Positions 61,637 through 64,000 of a DNA stretch of 64,000 nucleotides are shown one piece after another. This DNA is from Lepidodermella squamata (taxonomy: Eukaryota > Animalia > Gastrotricha): positions 806,001 to 870,000 of the forward strand of contig JBLDXI010000046.1 of assembly GCA_047495785.1 (NCBI GenBank), given 5' to 3'. Position numbers and translations under genes: made by a program. Each line of letters opens with the position of its first letter. Position 1 is the first letter of the stretch. Under the pieces are notes generated by a model. The model saw only the letters and a list, made by a program, of their open reading frames with translations, did not search any database and was not told the origin of the DNA.

Positions 61637-63300
61637 TCAATGATCAATACATACCATGTAAACCCAATAATGGCAGGTAGTCCCTGCCGGGATGTCGCCA
61701 GGAATTTCAAAGGAGCCAGTTGTGCACGGGGCCATGGCGATGAGACTTTGACCGCAAACGGAATCATTCACGTATAATGAATTCTCACATGCGCTGCCAT
61801 TGGTGCCCGGTACGCAGATGCAACGATCGCAATTTTTCGGAGCGAATATGCCGAATTGGCATGTCACGCTACTCGACTTGCACGCATCTAATTTAAGAAA
61901 ACAAATACATCACTACCGTAGCCTCAGGTCTCTGGTCTTTTTAGCAAAAACAGAAAAACAGAAAAAATCTACAGAGGGGCCTTAAATGTTATGTATATTC
62001 CGTGGGGCCCAAAATAACAAAATGCGTCAAAAATGTAGAAGATATTGAAAGATTTCACAACTTTTCATATGATGGATAATAAGACTCGATTTTGGTAAAA
62101 ACCTCGATCGTAATAGAAAATACGGTAAATTTCACGCCAGCAGAAGTTTCAGTCTTGAAAGCTTAATCTAGCACTGTATCCTGTATCCTCGAGTTTAGTT
62201 TTGAGAAAATTCAAATCGGTAGGAGTAATCCGAATATATGAATACCAAAAAGGATGAATTTTATTTTTCCTCACCAGGGTTTGACCGGGTCTCACCGTTT
62301 TTACCCGGTCGACGCCCCTGAAATTCAAATGAATACTATGGTCGGATGGTGACGCGTGGTGGTGAGGCTTTTCTTATTTGATTACCATTATCAGTTGCTT
62401 ACTTCGACAATACAGGGAAAGCACGCGGTACTTGTCGACCCAGGTCAGCGTTTTGTTTCGGTGTATAATAGTTGACAAGTAGTGTGGGTCGAGAGGTTCG
62501 ATTGTTCGATTGTTATTAGAAGTAAATTAATAACAAATCCAAGTGCGTGACCAATTTCATTAGCTATCAACCCGACATCCTGTAATGATATGTAAAAAAT
62601 TTAAAAGTTTTGATGAAAAGTACCGAAATTAGTGCCTTACTTTTGCGCACGCATCCGTGATCAAAACAAGTTGAGCGTAATCTTCCACCATGCTAATTTT
62701 CGACCAACAATCGCCGCTGAAAAACATGAAAAATACGAATCGGTCACTCCGCGACGTCTCTTAATGAATAAACGTGTGAAAAGTCGAAAATTCGAAAATA
62801 TAACGGCATAGTACCTTGTGCCTCTTGTGAAGGTCAATGCATTGCCATCCAGTGGAGGCGTGTAGACTTGTTCGAACGTGACACAAATCGGATCAGACCA
62901 CATTTTCAGGGCGGCGAGAACATTCCCATTGGCAGCAGAATCATTTTCTATGATAAAAAATAACAACCAGTAAAGATTAGGAACACGCGGATTATGTACA
63001 ATAATTTACCTAATTTCGCTGTAATGTAAAACCTTATTGGCAGTGTCCATTTTGTAGCGATGCCGGATGACTTCAAGTTGGGAACTTCGTCGTTGTATTG
63101 CTGAACACAAAAAATCCAGTGTTAGAGTATAGGCAACACCAGAAAAATTTAAGCAACTAACCTTTGCGAGCCACTTCTCCCTAAGTTTTTAAGCTGGTCA
63201 CAAGGCAAGTGAGTGAGTTTTCATAATTTCTAGTCATTAAATCTTATACCTCGGTATCATCAGGCTTCTCATCCGCCACGCATTTGCCAGCGCCTACAAG
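61637..63300 (-). pseudogene. Astacin-like A10 pseudogene (5' exons to EGF exon)
   Basis: KWTLPIRFY, MWSDPICVTFEQ, first zinc His mutated (NEIGHALGF). PDE exon and Met-turn deleted; EGF exon present, 3' exons missing. Confidence 0.75.
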
Positions 63301-64000
63301 GAAAATTAACGGCAATAGCCACATTTCCTAGAGAGTAACAGCTTCAGAATGTTGTTACAAGTGCTAGAATGGGATATTTCAAATCTCAGAGCTATTAGGT
63401 TATAACCGAGGTCAATACGTCTTATTGTCTGTGTTCTGATTCTGATACATCGAAAATCGAGAAATACATAGCAAGAGAAACCGAGGTGCAATGAAAACAA
63501 AGACAATAAAATAAATCAGTCATGAAGCCATTCAGGCATGAAACCCGAGGGTGAATTGAGGCCAAGTATTCATTAACGGTAAAAATAAAACTTTCACAAA
63601 AAAGTAAAATCAAATGGTTTGAATGAAACGAATCTTTGCTTTTAAAAAATTTTGCTGATAAAATCGCGTGACTTGAAACGCGTGTTGTAGAAGTACGTGA
63701 AACACGTTTTTGAAAATATGAATGGAGCGTTTCAAGAGATGGTCTACTTCTGATCGAACTGGCCTAGAACACATGCTTTTCTATTTAGTCTCTAGTTATT
63801 TATTTATTTAGTCGTTTAATTAAAGGCTGTGACGGCAGCTTGAAATGGTTTAGGAAAAGTAACGTTTCGTCGTGTAATCACCATCCGAAAGTGAAATCAC
63901 CATCCGAAATCGAAATTCAAATTTTTACCGTTCTTGACTCAGTTTTTCGCGCTAGTCAATAATCTGAAACATGAATAATTAAATTCGTCCGGACTCATAT

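Noticed and set aside
49947-63300. A10 as the displaced 5' half of A9
   Set aside because: A10 has its own HEIGH-region and EGF exons overlapping those of A9, so it is a separate paralogue.

Overview
Eukaryotic (very likely invertebrate animal) genomic DNA, AT-rich, with short GT-AG introns. The ORF track therefore shows only exon fragments, and the gene models below were spliced by eye. Left part: a secreted Cys-repeat/C-type-lectin-domain gene, then a fucosyltransferase-like gene head-to-head (120 bp between ATGs) with an ABO/GT6-family glycosyltransferase. A ~9 kb tandem segmental duplication follows, then a STELLO-like glycosyltransferase and a type I membrane protein. The window is dominated by ~10 paralogues (5 apparently intact, 5 broken) of a secreted astacin-EGF-CUB-kringle metalloprotease. 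In all eight copies that retain the relevant exon, the third zinc ligand is Asp (HEIGHALG[FL]PDEHxRxDR) instead of His, and in the seven that retain the Met-turn its Tyr is replaced (SxMHP/K). Right part: a tRNA-Lys(CTT) gene with tRNA pseudogenes and a nested transposon stack. The stack is a Tf1/sushi-like element with a self-priming PBS, containing a Harbinger-like MITE and an intact Ty3/Gypsy element with a -1 frameshift pseudoknot, and it abuts a truncated MULE transposase.
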